Assembly: GCA_000753575.1 (NCBI GenBank)
Contig: JRFF01000026.1
Location: 64,238-128,237, forward strand
Length of the DNA: 64,000 bases
From: Candidatus Izimoplasma sp. HR2
GTDB lineage: Bacteria > Bacillota_I > Bacilli_A > Izemoplasmatales > Izemoplasmataceae
Direction: 5' to 3'
This document shows, piece by piece, positions 21,736 through 31,589 of the stretch (position 1 is the stretch's first letter; each line of letters opens with the position of its first letter). Both the position numbers and the translations under genes were made by a program. The notes under the pieces were generated by a model that saw nothing but the letters and a program-made list of their open reading frames with translations, ran no database searches and was not told the DNA's origin.

Positions 21736-22689
21736 ATGAAGAAAAGTTATATGGAGTATATAGAACTTATAGATAAAATGTTCTCTGAAAAAAATTACAC
21801 AAAAGTACTGAAGTTTTTTACCACTGATTATAAGGAATATGATATTACTGAATTTGAGGTGCTTTGGGTTAGAATATGGGCGTTATCTGGGTTGAACAGA
21901 GTAGAAGAGGCAATTGAAAAATTACATGATTTAATTGTAGAAAAAAGATACTGGGTTCTGGAAATGATTACAGAAGAAATAGAAATTGATGCAATCAAAA
22001 GAGATGATAGATATCAAAAATTAATGGAAATATCTGAACAGAACGCAAAGAACTTCAGCTACAAAAAAGAAGGAAAATATGAGATCTTTACTCCAAAAAA
22101 TACAGATGAGAATACTAAATTACTTGTATTTCTCCATGGAAATTACTTAGCAACTGAAGAATTTTCTCAAATTCAAAAAGATACTGTAAATAGTATCGGG
22201 AGTAGATTAAAAGGGGAATTCATAGTTACAATTCCATATTCGTCAAGAATCGCACCTTCTGGACAATCCCTTTGGTATGACTATGGTGAAAGTTCAAAAG
22301 AAATAGAGAAACATTTGAGGATTATACAAGACGAGTATAAAATTATGCCGAGTAATATCATAATTACAGGAGGTTCAGCAGGAGCTGGTGTTGCTACAGA
22401 AGTAGCCTTGAATAATAATATAGAAGTAAATAAGTTCGCACTACTGATTCCACACATTCCAAAGTTAAAGAATAATGACGAAAGAATATCTAATTTGAGA
22501 AAATCTGAATTCTTCATATATAGTTCAACAAACGATTTTTGTATGAAATACGCAAATAAGTTTAGTGAAATCCTCACTCAGAACAACTTTAAACATGTGT
22601 TTCATTGTCCAGATGGATACGGTCATTTCATACCACCTGAAGAAAACTTGCTAGATAGAACCATTAAATACTTCAAATTTAGTGTTTAG
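21736..22689 (+). CDS. Alpha/beta-hydrolase (carboxylesterase/phospholipase-type) with N-terminal helical domain
   Basis: GGSAGAG nucleophile elbow. LVFLHGN oxyanion region. C-terminal GYGH. GGGGGAG RBS before the ATG at 21736. Confidence 0.65.
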   Translation: MKKSYMEYIELIDKMFSEKNYTKVLKFFTTDYKEYDITEFEVLWVRIWALSGLNRVEEAIEKLHDLIVEKRYWVLEMITEEIEIDAIKRDDRYQKLMEISEQNAKNFSYKKEGKYEIFTPKNTDENTKLLVFLHGNYLATEEFSQIQKDTVNSIGSRLKGEFIVTIPYSSRIAPSGQSLWYDYGESSKEIEKHLRIIQDEYKIMPSNIIITGGSAGAGVATEVALNNNIEVNKFALLIPHIPKLKNNDERISNLRKSEFFIYSSTNDFCMKYANKFSEILTQNNFKHVFHCPDGYGHFIPPEENLLDRTIKYFKFSV

Positions 22690-22712
22690 TATTGCTCTTC
22701 ATTATTGGGAAA

Positions 22713-22778
22713 GGGGTTCAAACTTAACACCTTAAATAATAAGGTTTGGACGAAATTTTGTCGAATACAATCCACGCC
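22713..22778 (+). repeat. Two degenerate tmRNA-3'-end-like remnants
   Basis: GGGGTTCAAA is identical to the ssrA T-arm at 21341-21350. It is followed by TTTGGACGAAATTTTGTCGAATACAATCCACGCC, which resembles TTTTGGAC...CTCCACC. Confidence 0.45.
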
Positions 22779-23043
22779 TAAAGAATATAAAAAATGATTT
22801 GAATTTAGAACTATTTTATTGAATATAACAGTGTAGTATATTATAATTTAATTGATAATCAAGAAAATATTGAGGGCTAGATTTTTTATAATTTTTGGCA
22901 ATTTATTAACATGAATACTAGAAGAGTTTCTCTGAGAAATATCCATAAGCTATAACCAATGCATTCCTAAAAAAGGAATAGAGTAATAATTTGAACCATA
23001 ATGAATCTGATAATAAATTTATTTTAGAAGGAGAAGTGAAACT

Positions 23044-23733
23044 ATGAATCATATTTCAGAAATAACTAAATCCACAGCAGCACTTATTGCAGGGATTGGA
23101 TTATTATTAATGACTGTACTTGCGATATTTGCTAACTTTTTTGTTTTAGAGAGTCTTATCGTAGATGGGGATGCAATATTAACATCTAGTAATATTATCG
23201 CTTCAAATGGTTTGTTTCGTTTGGGCATTAGTTGTTTGTTAATTGTAGCAATTCTTGATATAGTTGTAGCTTGGGCATTATATATCATGCTTAAGCCAAT
23301 TAATAGGAGTCTTTCACTATTGACAGCTATATTTAGGATAGTATATGCTGCCATATTAGGAGTAGCTATAGCCAGTCTTCTTAATGTCTTAAACCTTTTA
23401 AGTGGTGCTGATTATTTGACAGTATTTGACACTAATCAATTGTATTCTGAAGTGATGTTATCAATTAATACATTTAACAATATCTGGAATATTGGAATTG
23501 TATTTTTCGGATTACATCTATTTCTTCTTGGATATTTAGTATATAAATCTGGAAATATTCATAAGATTTTTGGAGTTTTATTGATAGTTGCATCTGCTGG
23601 GTATCTTATTGATGCATTTGGAGAATTTCTAATAGTTAATTATAATTTGACTGTTGGTATGTTCACTTTTATTGGTGAATTACTATTTATGTTTTGGCTT
23701 TTAATCAAGGGGAGAAAACATGAGCAAATTTAA
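23044..23733 (+). CDS. DUF4386-like integral membrane protein
   Basis: 229 aa, about 6 TM segments, N-terminal pattern typical of DUF4386 (from memory). GGAG RBS. Confidence 0.5.
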   Translation: MNHISEITKSTAALIAGIGLLLMTVLAIFANFFVLESLIVDGDAILTSSNIIASNGLFRLGISCLLIVAILDIVVAWALYIMLKPINRSLSLLTAIFRIVYAAILGVAIASLLNVLNLLSGADYLTVFDTNQLYSEVMLSINTFNNIWNIGIVFFGLHLFLLGYLVYKSGNIHKIFGVLLIVASAGYLIDAFGEFLIVNYNLTVGMFTFIGELLFMFWLLIKGRKHEQI

Positions 23734-23794
23734 ATTAAATAAAAAAGTGAAGAAAAATAGAAATATCTAATATTTGATAATACGGAGGTGTAAT

Positions 23795-24766
23795 ATGAAA
23801 GCAGTAGTTTATAAGAAATACGGTCCACCTGATACTCTTCAACTCGAAGAAGTTGATAAACCTATTCCTAAAGATAACGAGGTTTTAATAGAAGTTGTAG
23901 CTTCATCAGTTAATGTAGCTGATTTAGGTATGCTTACTGGTAAACCATTTGTTGTTAGATTTTTTTCAGGTCTTTTTAAGCCAAAAAATCCGATACTAGG
24001 ATCAGATGTTTCTGGGATAGTTAAATCAATCGGAAAGAATGTATCATCGTTAAAGATAGGTGATGAAGTATTTGGTGATATCTATGATAGTGGAGCAGGT
24101 GGCTACGCAGAATATGTGTGTGCTGCCGAAAATCTTTTAGTATTAAAGCCATCTAGTATAACATTTGAAGAAGCAGCTGCAGTGCCTGTAGCAGCAGTTA
24201 CTGCTTTACAAGCGCTACAAACAAAAGGAAAAATAATGGCAAAACAACAAGTTTTAATCAATGGAGCATCTGGTGGTGTTGGTTCTTTTCTAGTACAAAT
24301 TGCTAAATCATTTGGGGCAGAAGTAACAGCTGTTTGTAGTTCTAGGAATATTGATATGGCAATAAAGCTAGGCGCAGATTATGTTATTGATTATACAAAA
24401 GAAGATTTTACAAAAAATAAAATGAAGTATGATTTAATTATTGGTGCTAATGGATTTCATTCGATTTGGGATTATAAGCGTTCTTTAACATCTCGTGGGA
24501 AATATGTTATGACTGGGGGAACTGGTGTTCAAATGTTTCAAGCAATAGTTCTTGCCCCGTTTTTATCAATTATTGGAAAAAAGAAGCTAGGTAGTCTAGC
24601 AGCAAAAGCAAATAAAAATGATTTAACATTTTTAGCACAACTTATGGAAACTAGAAAACTAGTACCATATATTGAAAAAGCATACAAATTGAGTGAAATA
24701 ATTAATGCCTTTAAGTATATCTCAGAAGGTCACGCTAAAGGGAAAATAGTTATAAATATAAAATAA
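23795..24766 (+). CDS. Medium-chain dehydrogenase/reductase (NAD(P)H quinone oxidoreductase / Zn-independent ADH-like)
   Basis: MKAVVYKKYG...GASGGVGSFLVQIAK Rossmann motif. GGAGG RBS before 23795. Confidence 0.8.
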   Translation: MKAVVYKKYGPPDTLQLEEVDKPIPKDNEVLIEVVASSVNVADLGMLTGKPFVVRFFSGLFKPKNPILGSDVSGIVKSIGKNVSSLKIGDEVFGDIYDSGAGGYAEYVCAAENLLVLKPSSITFEEAAAVPVAAVTALQALQTKGKIMAKQQVLINGASGGVGSFLVQIAKSFGAEVTAVCSSRNIDMAIKLGADYVIDYTKEDFTKNKMKYDLIIGANGFHSIWDYKRSLTSRGKYVMTGGTGVQMFQAIVLAPFLSIIGKKKLGSLAAKANKNDLTFLAQLMETRKLVPYIEKAYKLSEIINAFKYISEGHAKGKIVINIK

Positions 24767-24839
24767 AACTACTGGATTGAATCAGTAGTTTTTAACTTTT
24801 AGTTGGATATTTGATAGGTTGCTGTGAAGTTTTATTCTT

Positions 24840-24879
24840 GGAAACGGATACCCTTCATGGAGCTTCAACTCCACAAAAG
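24840..24879 (+). repeat. tmRNA-3'-end-like att remnant
   Basis: GGAAACGGATACCCTTCATGGAGCTTCAACTCCACAAAAG. TCAACTCCAC is identical to the ssrA 3' end, and 12/14 match the full core. Confidence 0.55.
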
Positions 24880-24972
24880 ACAGAGGTCCAACCTGGCATA
24901 AATTTAATTATTTCAAGGATATTAATAAATAGAATTTCTAATTATTCCAGTTATTCTAACTACAAGTAATTG

Positions 24973-25006
24973 TTGACATTATACCGATAGCGGGTTAATA
25001 TATAAT
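24973..25006 (+). promoter_or_regulatory. Sigma-A-type promoter for fic
   Basis: TTGACA, 17-nt spacer, TAATAT. Confidence 0.45.
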
Positions 25007-25020
25007 TGAGAGGTGATATC

Positions 25021-25941
25021 ATGAAATTTATTGGAACTAAAGAAATATCAAAAAAATGGGGTATCAATGATCGTAGAGTAAGAATACTATGTGAAGAAGG
25101 TCGTATTGAGAGTGCGATGAAAGTTGGCAAAAGTTGGTTAATTAGAGAAGATGAGGGAAAGCCTTATGATGCAAGAAGAAAAAGTAATAAAGAGTATATT
25201 GAGTTAGAGTTTGATTTTTCAAATATTGATTTATTAAAAAATGAAATAGATTCATATAGACCTTTACCAAATAGATTATCAAAAAGTTTACATAAAAAGC
25301 TAATAGTTGAATGGACATATAATAGTAATGCTATTGAGGGGAATACCTTAACTATGTCTGAAACTAAAGTAGTGCTTGAAGGTATTACGATTGGTGGTAA
25401 AAGTGTTATAGAACATCTGGAAACAATCAATCACAAAGATGCTATATTATTTTTAGAGGAATTAATTGCTGGGGATGAAAACATATCTGAATGGAATATA
25501 AAAAATCTTCACTCTTTAATACTAAAGGATATAGATAATAAAAATGCAGGGAAATATAGAAATGAGAATGTAATTATCAGTGGAGCAAGTCACATTCCAC
25601 CTAATCACGATATTTTACACGAACTTATGCAGAAACTAATAATTGAATATAATAAAGAATGGAATGAGTTTCATCCAGTTATAAAAGCATGCTTGTTGCA
25701 CGGAGAATTTGTTAAGATACATCCATTTATTGATGGGAATGGAAGAACAGCACGACTATTATTGAATTTTGAATTAATGAAATATGGATATACTCCAATA
25801 ATAATTACAAAAACTAGAAGAGCTGAATATTATGATGCATTAGATTTTGCACATACTACGATGGACTATTCTAAGTTTATTCAATTAATTTCAGAATTTG
25901 TGATGGAATCTGAATTGTTATGGCTTAAAGTAATTAGATAA
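25021..25941 (+). CDS. Fic-family protein (class II, autoinhibited) with N-terminal HTH
   Basis: HPFIDGNGRTAR Fic motif. SNAIEG matches the (S/T)xxxE(G/N) inhibitory helix upstream of it. The N-terminal 45 aa look like an excisionase/MerR-type HTH. Confidence 0.85.
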   Translation: MKFIGTKEISKKWGINDRRVRILCEEGRIESAMKVGKSWLIREDEGKPYDARRKSNKEYIELEFDFSNIDLLKNEIDSYRPLPNRLSKSLHKKLIVEWTYNSNAIEGNTLTMSETKVVLEGITIGGKSVIEHLETINHKDAILFLEELIAGDENISEWNIKNLHSLILKDIDNKNAGKYRNENVIISGASHIPPNHDILHELMQKLIIEYNKEWNEFHPVIKACLLHGEFVKIHPFIDGNGRTARLLLNFELMKYGYTPIIITKTRRAEYYDALDFAHTTMDYSKFIQLISEFVMESELLWLKVIR

Positions 25942-25948
25942 TTATACC

Positions 25949-25985
25949 TGGACACGGGTACTCTTCAGGGACCCTAATCGTACCT
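25949..25985 (+). repeat. tmRNA-3'-end-like att remnant (more decayed)
   Basis: TGGACACGGGTACTCTTCAGGGACCCTAATCGTACC aligns with the remnants at 40361 and 24840. Confidence 0.45.
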
Positions 25986-26201
25986 ATTATTACCTGTTAC
26001 CAATTGATAAGAAATACAAAATAAGTTGCAATTAACTGCGATACAACGAACAATATCAAAAACAACCTAAAAGATAAGGAATTTAGCATATACACTACAA
26101 TATTAATTAATTTATATTTCTTTGAAAACGATTAAGTATTTTCTCATAAGGGAAGTCTATTTTCACATATAAAAAAAAGTATATTTTGTATCTTTTTCAT
26201 A

Positions 26202-26233
26202 TTGACAAGTATAGGTAATAGTGTTAGTATAAT
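26202..26233 (+). promoter_or_regulatory. Promoter of the B12 operon
   Basis: TTGACA, 17-nt spacer, TAGTAT (overlapping TATAAT), just upstream of the riboswitch P1. Confidence 0.45.
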
Positions 26234-26243
26234 TGCATGAATA

Positions 26244-26395
26244 AAAGGTAATGGTGTCCTTTGGACATAACAGGGAATTGAGTTAATACTCAAGCTGTCC
26301 CAGCAACCGTGATACTGACGAAATGCAAATACCACTGAGAAATCGGGAAGGTGCAAAGTAGGATGAAGTTTAGCCGGTAGACCTACCATTACCAA
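26244..26395 (+). promoter_or_regulatory. Cobalamin riboswitch
   Basis: P1 is GGTAATGG...CCATTACC. Core elements AGGGAA, GCTGTCCCAGCAACCGT, ACCACTG, GGGAAGG, and B12 box AGCCGGTAGACCTACC. Confidence 0.88.
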
Positions 26396-26466
26396 AAGTT
26401 TTCTCCTGGGTAATGAGATATAGAACTGGCTATTTTAGTTTTTTTAATAGAATCTGGTTTTTTATA

Positions 26467-26497
26467 GTCATATCCCTAGGATATGGCTTTTTTTGTT
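26467..26497 (+). terminator. Riboswitch expression-platform terminator
   Basis: GTCATATCC/GGATATGGC hairpin followed by T7, about 25 nt before the btuF RBS. Confidence 0.6.
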
Positions 26498-26520
26498 CAA
26501 AAAAACTAAGGAGAAGAAAC

Positions 26521-27438
26521 ATGAGAAAATTATTTATTGCATTATTGGTTTTAACATTCGTTATTACTCTTTCTGGATGTAAAGGGGAAATCGAAGTAAC
26601 TGAATTTACAGTTACAGACAGAGAAGGTACTGAAGTAGTAATTCCAACAAACATTACTAAAATTGTATCTACAGCACCATCTAATACAGAAGTAATTATA
26701 GGTTTAGGACTAGGAGATATGTTAGTAGCTGTTGATAAATACTCTCCAACTGAAGGGTTAAGTGAAGACATAGCTATCATTAATTTTAGAGAGCCTGATA
26801 TTGAGTTATTAATATCATTAGAACCAGATATTGTTGTTGCTTCAGGGCACAATAAAGTAGGGGATGATGATCCTTTCAAATTATTAAAAGAAGCAGGAAT
26901 AGCAGTTGTTTATATACCTTCAGCTGATTCACTACAAGGAATATTAGATGATATTACTTTTATTGGATTAGTACTTGGAAAAGTAGAAGAGGCTAATACA
27001 ATAACAACTGATCTCCAAACAGAGTTTGATGAGATAGCAGCTATCGCGGCTACTATTACTACTAAAGTAAATGTTTATTTTGAAATAGGAGACTATAGTG
27101 GAACTCTTTATTCATTTGGAACTGAAACATTCTTAAATGAAGTAGTAACTCTTGTTGGTGGAAATAATATATATAGTAGTGAATCTGGATGGTTAAATGT
27201 ATCTGTAGAAGATATTATTAGTAAAAATCCAGATGTAATTGTAACTAACCAAAGTAACGTTGAAGGTATAGTTGCTAGTATTATGAGTAGAACTGGATTT
27301 GATACTATTGATGCAGTAATTAATAACCAAGTATTTGTTGTGAATGGAAACTCAACATCACGTGGTTCTCAAAATATCATTGAGGGTATTAGAGAAGTTG
27401 CAGAAGCTTTGTATCCAAATTATTACGACTTTGATTAA
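26521..27438 (+). CDS. btuF: Cobalamin/siderophore-type ABC substrate-binding lipoprotein
   Basis: AAGGAG RBS. Lipoprotein signal LTLSGC. Class III (FecB/BtuF) binding-protein fold features. Confidence 0.8.
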   Translation: MRKLFIALLVLTFVITLSGCKGEIEVTEFTVTDREGTEVVIPTNITKIVSTAPSNTEVIIGLGLGDMLVAVDKYSPTEGLSEDIAIINFREPDIELLISLEPDIVVASGHNKVGDDDPFKLLKEAGIAVVYIPSADSLQGILDDITFIGLVLGKVEEANTITTDLQTEFDEIAAIAATITTKVNVYFEIGDYSGTLYSFGTETFLNEVVTLVGGNNIYSSESGWLNVSVEDIISKNPDVIVTNQSNVEGIVASIMSRTGFDTIDAVINNQVFVVNGNSTSRGSQNIIEGIREVAEALYPNYYDFD

Positions 27439-28447
27439 AAGCAAGTACCTACTATTATTAGCGCTATTAACAATAGCGCTAATACTTGGTACTGGAATAG
27501 GTAGTGTTTATATATCTCCCATCAAAATATTTAGTATACTATTACACAAAGTATTTAATATATCACTAATAGATAGTGTAAAGAACACAGATGTTGCAAT
27601 TATTTATCATATCAGACTCCCTCGAGTTTTAATTGCTGCACTTATCGGTGGAAGTTTAGCAATGAGTGGTGCTGCTATCCAAAGTTTACTTCGTAATCCA
27701 TTGGCGTCGCCATATACTTTAGGAGTATCTAGTGGGGCTAGTTTAGGAGTTGCAATAGCAATATCTTTTCATTTAACATCACCATTTTTATCAAATATGT
27801 TTTTACCTGTAGTAGGGTTTTTATCAAGTCTTGTAACAGTAATTTTAATTTTATATCTTGCTCGTAAGATTGATAGAAACTACAGTACAAATACAATAAT
27901 CTTAGTAGGGATTGTTTCAAGTTTATTTATAAATGGACTTCTTACTTTAGTAATTGCTCTTTCAGGAGATGAATTAAAGAATATAATATTCTGGCAGATG
28001 GGATCACTTAGTTTAAGAGGTTATGATCATTTATTAGGGATCCTACCATTTGTTATAATAGGATCACTTGGTTTGCTTGTTTTACATAAAGAATTAGATG
28101 CATTAGCTTTTGGTGAAGAAAGCGCAAAAAATATCGGAGTTAACACTCAAAAAGTAAAAATATTAGTTATATTATTTTCAGCTACATTAACAGGGAGTGC
28201 TATTGCAATTAGCGGTATAATTGGTTTTGTAGGACTTGTATCCCCACATATTGTAAAAAGGATATATGGACAAAAACATCTTACATTATTACCAATAAGT
28301 TTTCTCTTTGGAGGCATATTCTTAATCCTTACAGATTTAATAGCTAGAACAATTGTTTCCCCAAGTGAACTACCTGTTGGATCAATAACGGCATTAATTG
28401 GAGCCCCATTTTTTGCTTTTATATTCTTTTATAAGCGAGGTAAATAA
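27431..28447 (+). CDS. btuC: FecCD-family ABC permease
   Basis: FecCD signature (LPRVL.A...GGSLA.SGA..Q...RNPLASP). No in-frame ATG is near the N-terminus, so a TTG at 27431 overlapping the btuF stop is assumed. Confidence 0.8.
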   Translation: MIKSKYLLLLALLTIALILGTGIGSVYISPIKIFSILLHKVFNISLIDSVKNTDVAIIYHIRLPRVLIAALIGGSLAMSGAAIQSLLRNPLASPYTLGVSSGASLGVAIAISFHLTSPFLSNMFLPVVGFLSSLVTVILILYLARKIDRNYSTNTIILVGIVSSLFINGLLTLVIALSGDELKNIIFWQMGSLSLRGYDHLLGILPFVIIGSLGLLVLHKELDALAFGEESAKNIGVNTQKVKILVILFSATLTGSAIAISGIIGFVGLVSPHIVKRIYGQKHLTLLPISFLFGGIFLILTDLIARTIVSPSELPVGSITALIGAPFFAFIFFYKRGK

Positions 28448-29206
28448 ATGTTTAAAGTAGAAAATTTAGATTATTCATATACAGGAGACAAATTAGTTTT
28501 AAAAGATATTAATTTTGAGTTGTTTGAAAGAGATTTCTTGTCAATAATTGGTCCAAATGGATCTGGGAAAACAACGTTACTAAAAACAGTTTCAAAAATT
28601 CTTAATTCAAATGCGACTATAACAATAAATAATGAAGATATAGCACAGATGAGTCGAAAAAAAATATCGGAAAATATATCATATTTCGCACAATTAAAAG
28701 GAAATATCGCAGATTTGTCAGTTTATGATACAGTGATGCTTGGGAGATATCCCTATATAACTGGATTTTTAGGTAAACCATCGAAAAAGGATAAAGATAT
28801 CGTTAATTCGGCATTAGAAAAGACACAATTAGAAGATCTTAGAGATACATACACATCAAGATTATCAGGAGGGCAATTGCAACGTGTTTTTTTGGCTCAA
28901 ATAATTGCTCAAGATACTAAGATAATTTTACTAGATGAACCAACTAATCATTTAGATCTTAAACATCAAAAAGAGTTACTAGAATATATAAAAACTTACG
29001 CCTACAAACATAACAAAATTGTTATAGGTGTATTCCATGATTTAAGCATTGCTAGAAAATATTCAAACAAGATACTTTTATTAGGTAATGGTGAAATTAG
29101 TAGTTATGATGTAACAAATAGAGTATTTGATACAGACATGATTAATGAGTTATACGGGTTAGATATAAAAAAATACATGATTGAACACTATAAGGAGTGG
29201 ACATAA
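28448..29206 (+). CDS. btuD: ABC transporter ATP-binding protein
   Basis: Walker A GPNGSGKTT, signature LSGGQLQR, Walker B ILLDEP. Confidence 0.9.
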   Translation: MFKVENLDYSYTGDKLVLKDINFELFERDFLSIIGPNGSGKTTLLKTVSKILNSNATITINNEDIAQMSRKKISENISYFAQLKGNIADLSVYDTVMLGRYPYITGFLGKPSKKDKDIVNSALEKTQLEDLRDTYTSRLSGGQLQRVFLAQIIAQDTKIILLDEPTNHLDLKHQKELLEYIKTYAYKHNKIVIGVFHDLSIARKYSNKILLLGNGEISSYDVTNRVFDTDMINELYGLDIKKYMIEHYKEWT

Positions 29207-30669
29207 TGAAAGGTATTATGATTCAAGGAACTGCTAGTGATGTTGGTAAGAGTTATATTGTAACAGCAATATGTAGAGTGCTTTCTAATATGGGACTTAA
29301 CGTCGCTCCTTTTAAAAGTCAAAATATGTCAAATAATAGTTATGTTACAATTAACTCTCTTGAAATGGGAAGAGCTCAAGGTGCACAAGCAGAGGCTGCT
29401 AGAGTAATACCTAATGTCTATATGAATCCAATCTTACTTAAACCAAAAATGGATACAGAAAGTGAAATAATTTTAAATGGTCTCGTTTATAAAAGTTTAA
29501 ATGGATTTAAATATACTAAAGAGTTTACTTTAACAAAAGGAATTGAAGAAGTGAAAAAAGCATTAAAAAAACATGAATCATTTCATGAATATATTGTAAT
29601 TGAAGGTGCAGGAAGTCCAGCTGAAGTTAATTTAAATGATCGTGAAATTGTTAATATGAGAATCGCAGAGCATGCTGATGTAGATGTTGTTCTTGTTGTT
29701 GATATTGATCGAGGAGGAAGTTTTGCTTCAATCGTTGGGACTTTAGAATTAGTATTTGAACATAGACATAGAATTAAAGGAATAATTTTTAATAAGTTTA
29801 GAGGAGATATAAACTTATTAAATGATGGTCTTGTATGGATTGAAGAATACACAGGAGTAAAAGTACTTGGTGTTATTCCATATTTAAAAGATATTCATAT
29901 TGAAACAGAAGATGCACAAAGTGAGATTTTATTTACAAAAACAAAAGGGAATTTAGATATTGGTGTAATCAAAATGGAACGTATATCTAATAATACTGAT
30001 ATTGAACCATTTATTTATGAGGATGATGTGAATATTAGAGTAATTGATAATATTGAAAAATTTAATAAACCAGATGCAATTATTATTCCGGGGACTAAGT
30101 CTACTATTAAAGACTTTCTCCAATTGAAAGAAAAAGGTTTAGATAAAAAAATAATTAAATATATAAATCAAGGTGGAATAGTTATAGGAATTTGCGGTGG
30201 TTATCAAATATTAGGGAAATCAATTATTGATGTTAATAGTGTTGATAATAATGAATTTGATTATACTGATGCTCTAGGAATATTTGATATTAAAACAGAA
30301 TTTTATGAATCAAAAAATGTTAGACAAGTTACAGCTACGGAATTGAAAACAAACAACAAGCTAAATGGTTACGAAATTCATCTAGGAAAAACAAATTATC
30401 TTACAGATAATTATTTTTCAATTTTAGAAACTGGGGAGCTTGATGGATCCACATATAATCATAATCAAGTTATTGGGACGTATCTACATGGAATATTCCA
30501 TAATGATAAATTCAGAAATGACTGGTTAAATAATATTAGAACTAAAAATAATAGAGGTATTAAAGATATTGTAAATACAACTACAAAAAAAGAGGAGTCT
30601 TTTGAAAAACTAGCAAAAGTATTTGAAGAGAATATTGATATGAAGTTTTTCTTAAACTTAATAAAATGA
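29206..30669 (+). CDS. cobQ: Cobyric acid synthase
   Basis: MIQGTASDVGKS N-terminus and a C-terminal GATase-1 domain (CGGYQ). TAATG start/stop overlap. Confidence 0.9.
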   Translation: MKGIMIQGTASDVGKSYIVTAICRVLSNMGLNVAPFKSQNMSNNSYVTINSLEMGRAQGAQAEAARVIPNVYMNPILLKPKMDTESEIILNGLVYKSLNGFKYTKEFTLTKGIEEVKKALKKHESFHEYIVIEGAGSPAEVNLNDREIVNMRIAEHADVDVVLVVDIDRGGSFASIVGTLELVFEHRHRIKGIIFNKFRGDINLLNDGLVWIEEYTGVKVLGVIPYLKDIHIETEDAQSEILFTKTKGNLDIGVIKMERISNNTDIEPFIYEDDVNIRVIDNIEKFNKPDAIIIPGTKSTIKDFLQLKEKGLDKKIIKYINQGGIVIGICGGYQILGKSIIDVNSVDNNEFDYTDALGIFDIKTEFYESKNVRQVTATELKTNNKLNGYEIHLGKTNYLTDNYFSILETGELDGSTYNHNQVIGTYLHGIFHNDKFRNDWLNNIRTKNNRGIKDIVNTTTKKEESFEKLAKVFEENIDMKFFLNLIK

Positions 30670-31589
30670 TCATTGTAATAGCTTACGGGTTAGATTTAAT
30701 ATTAGGAGATCCTTTTCCTTTTCATCCTGTTATTTTGATTGGTAGATTAATAACCTATATTGAAAAGAAAATATATCGTGATTCAGTACTAAGTGGGCTT
30801 ATTTTATTCATTTTAGTACAAACAATTATAATACTTTTTATTTATATGTTAAGACAAGTATTATTTGAATACTTAGTGATTGTGCTAGATATATATATTA
30901 TCTATAGTTTGTTCGCAACAAAGTCTCTCTATATAGAAACAAAAAAAGTAACAAACGAAATAAAAAAACAAAATATTGAGGGTGCTAGAAAAAGCCTTTC
31001 ATATCTTGTTTCTCGTGATATAAGTGAATTAGAGTACGAAGAAATAAACAAAGCACTTATTGAAACAATTAGTGAAAATACTATTGATGGTGTTTTAGCA
31101 CCAATCATGTTTGCGTTCATTGGGTTATATTTTGATTTAGCAGTAGAATTCCTTTTATTTTATAAAATCACATCTACATTAGATTCAATGGTTGGATATA
31201 AAAATGATAAATATAGTAAATTTGGATATACATCAGCAAAAACAGATGATATATTGAATTTTATTCCTAGTCGAATTGGAAGTATAATAATGCTTTTATC
31301 AGGTATATTTGTTGGAAATATAAAGACAGGAATATTTTACTTTTTTAAAGATCGTAAAAACAATAATAGTCCTAATGCAGGGCATCCTGAAAGTGTAATT
31401 GCTGGTTTATTTGAAATAGAGTTACAAGGTGATGGACATTACTTTGGGCAAATTGTTCATAAAGCGAAAATTGGTATTAATAAAAATAAGATTACAGTAA
31501 GAGTAGTAAATAAAACATATTTTGTAATGTTTTTATCATCACTCATTACAATGATTATATTAGGAGGGTTATATTATGAAATATTCTAA
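30666..31589 (+). CDS. cbiB: Adenosylcobinamide-phosphate synthase
   Basis: GDP...HPV..IG N-terminus, SPNAG.PE motif, multi-TM. ATGA overlap. Confidence 0.85.
   Translation: MIIVIAYGLDLILGDPFPFHPVILIGRLITYIEKKIYRDSVLSGLILFILVQTIIILFIYMLRQVLFEYLVIVLDIYIIYSLFATKSLYIETKKVTNEIKKQNIEGARKSLSYLVSRDISELEYEEINKALIETISENTIDGVLAPIMFAFIGLYFDLAVEFLLFYKITSTLDSMVGYKNDKYSKFGYTSAKTDDILNFIPSRIGSIIMLLSGIFVGNIKTGIFYFFKDRKNNNSPNAGHPESVIAGLFEIELQGDGHYFGQIVHKAKIGINKNKITVRVVNKTYFVMFLSSLITMIILGGLYYEIF

Noticed and set aside
26144-26395. 83-aa minus-strand ORF upstream of btuF
   Set aside because: It lies entirely within the promoter and cobalamin riboswitch on the + strand and has no RBS. It is an artefact of the GC-richer structured RNA.
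26413-26520. Long 5' extensions of track ORFs (btuF from 26413, ung from 4606, GH94 from 1213, permease from 27344, and others)
   Set aside because: Internal starts preceded by good Shine-Dalgarno sequences give canonical N-termini (for example the lipoprotein signal at 26521). The extensions overlap upstream genes, terminators or the riboswitch.
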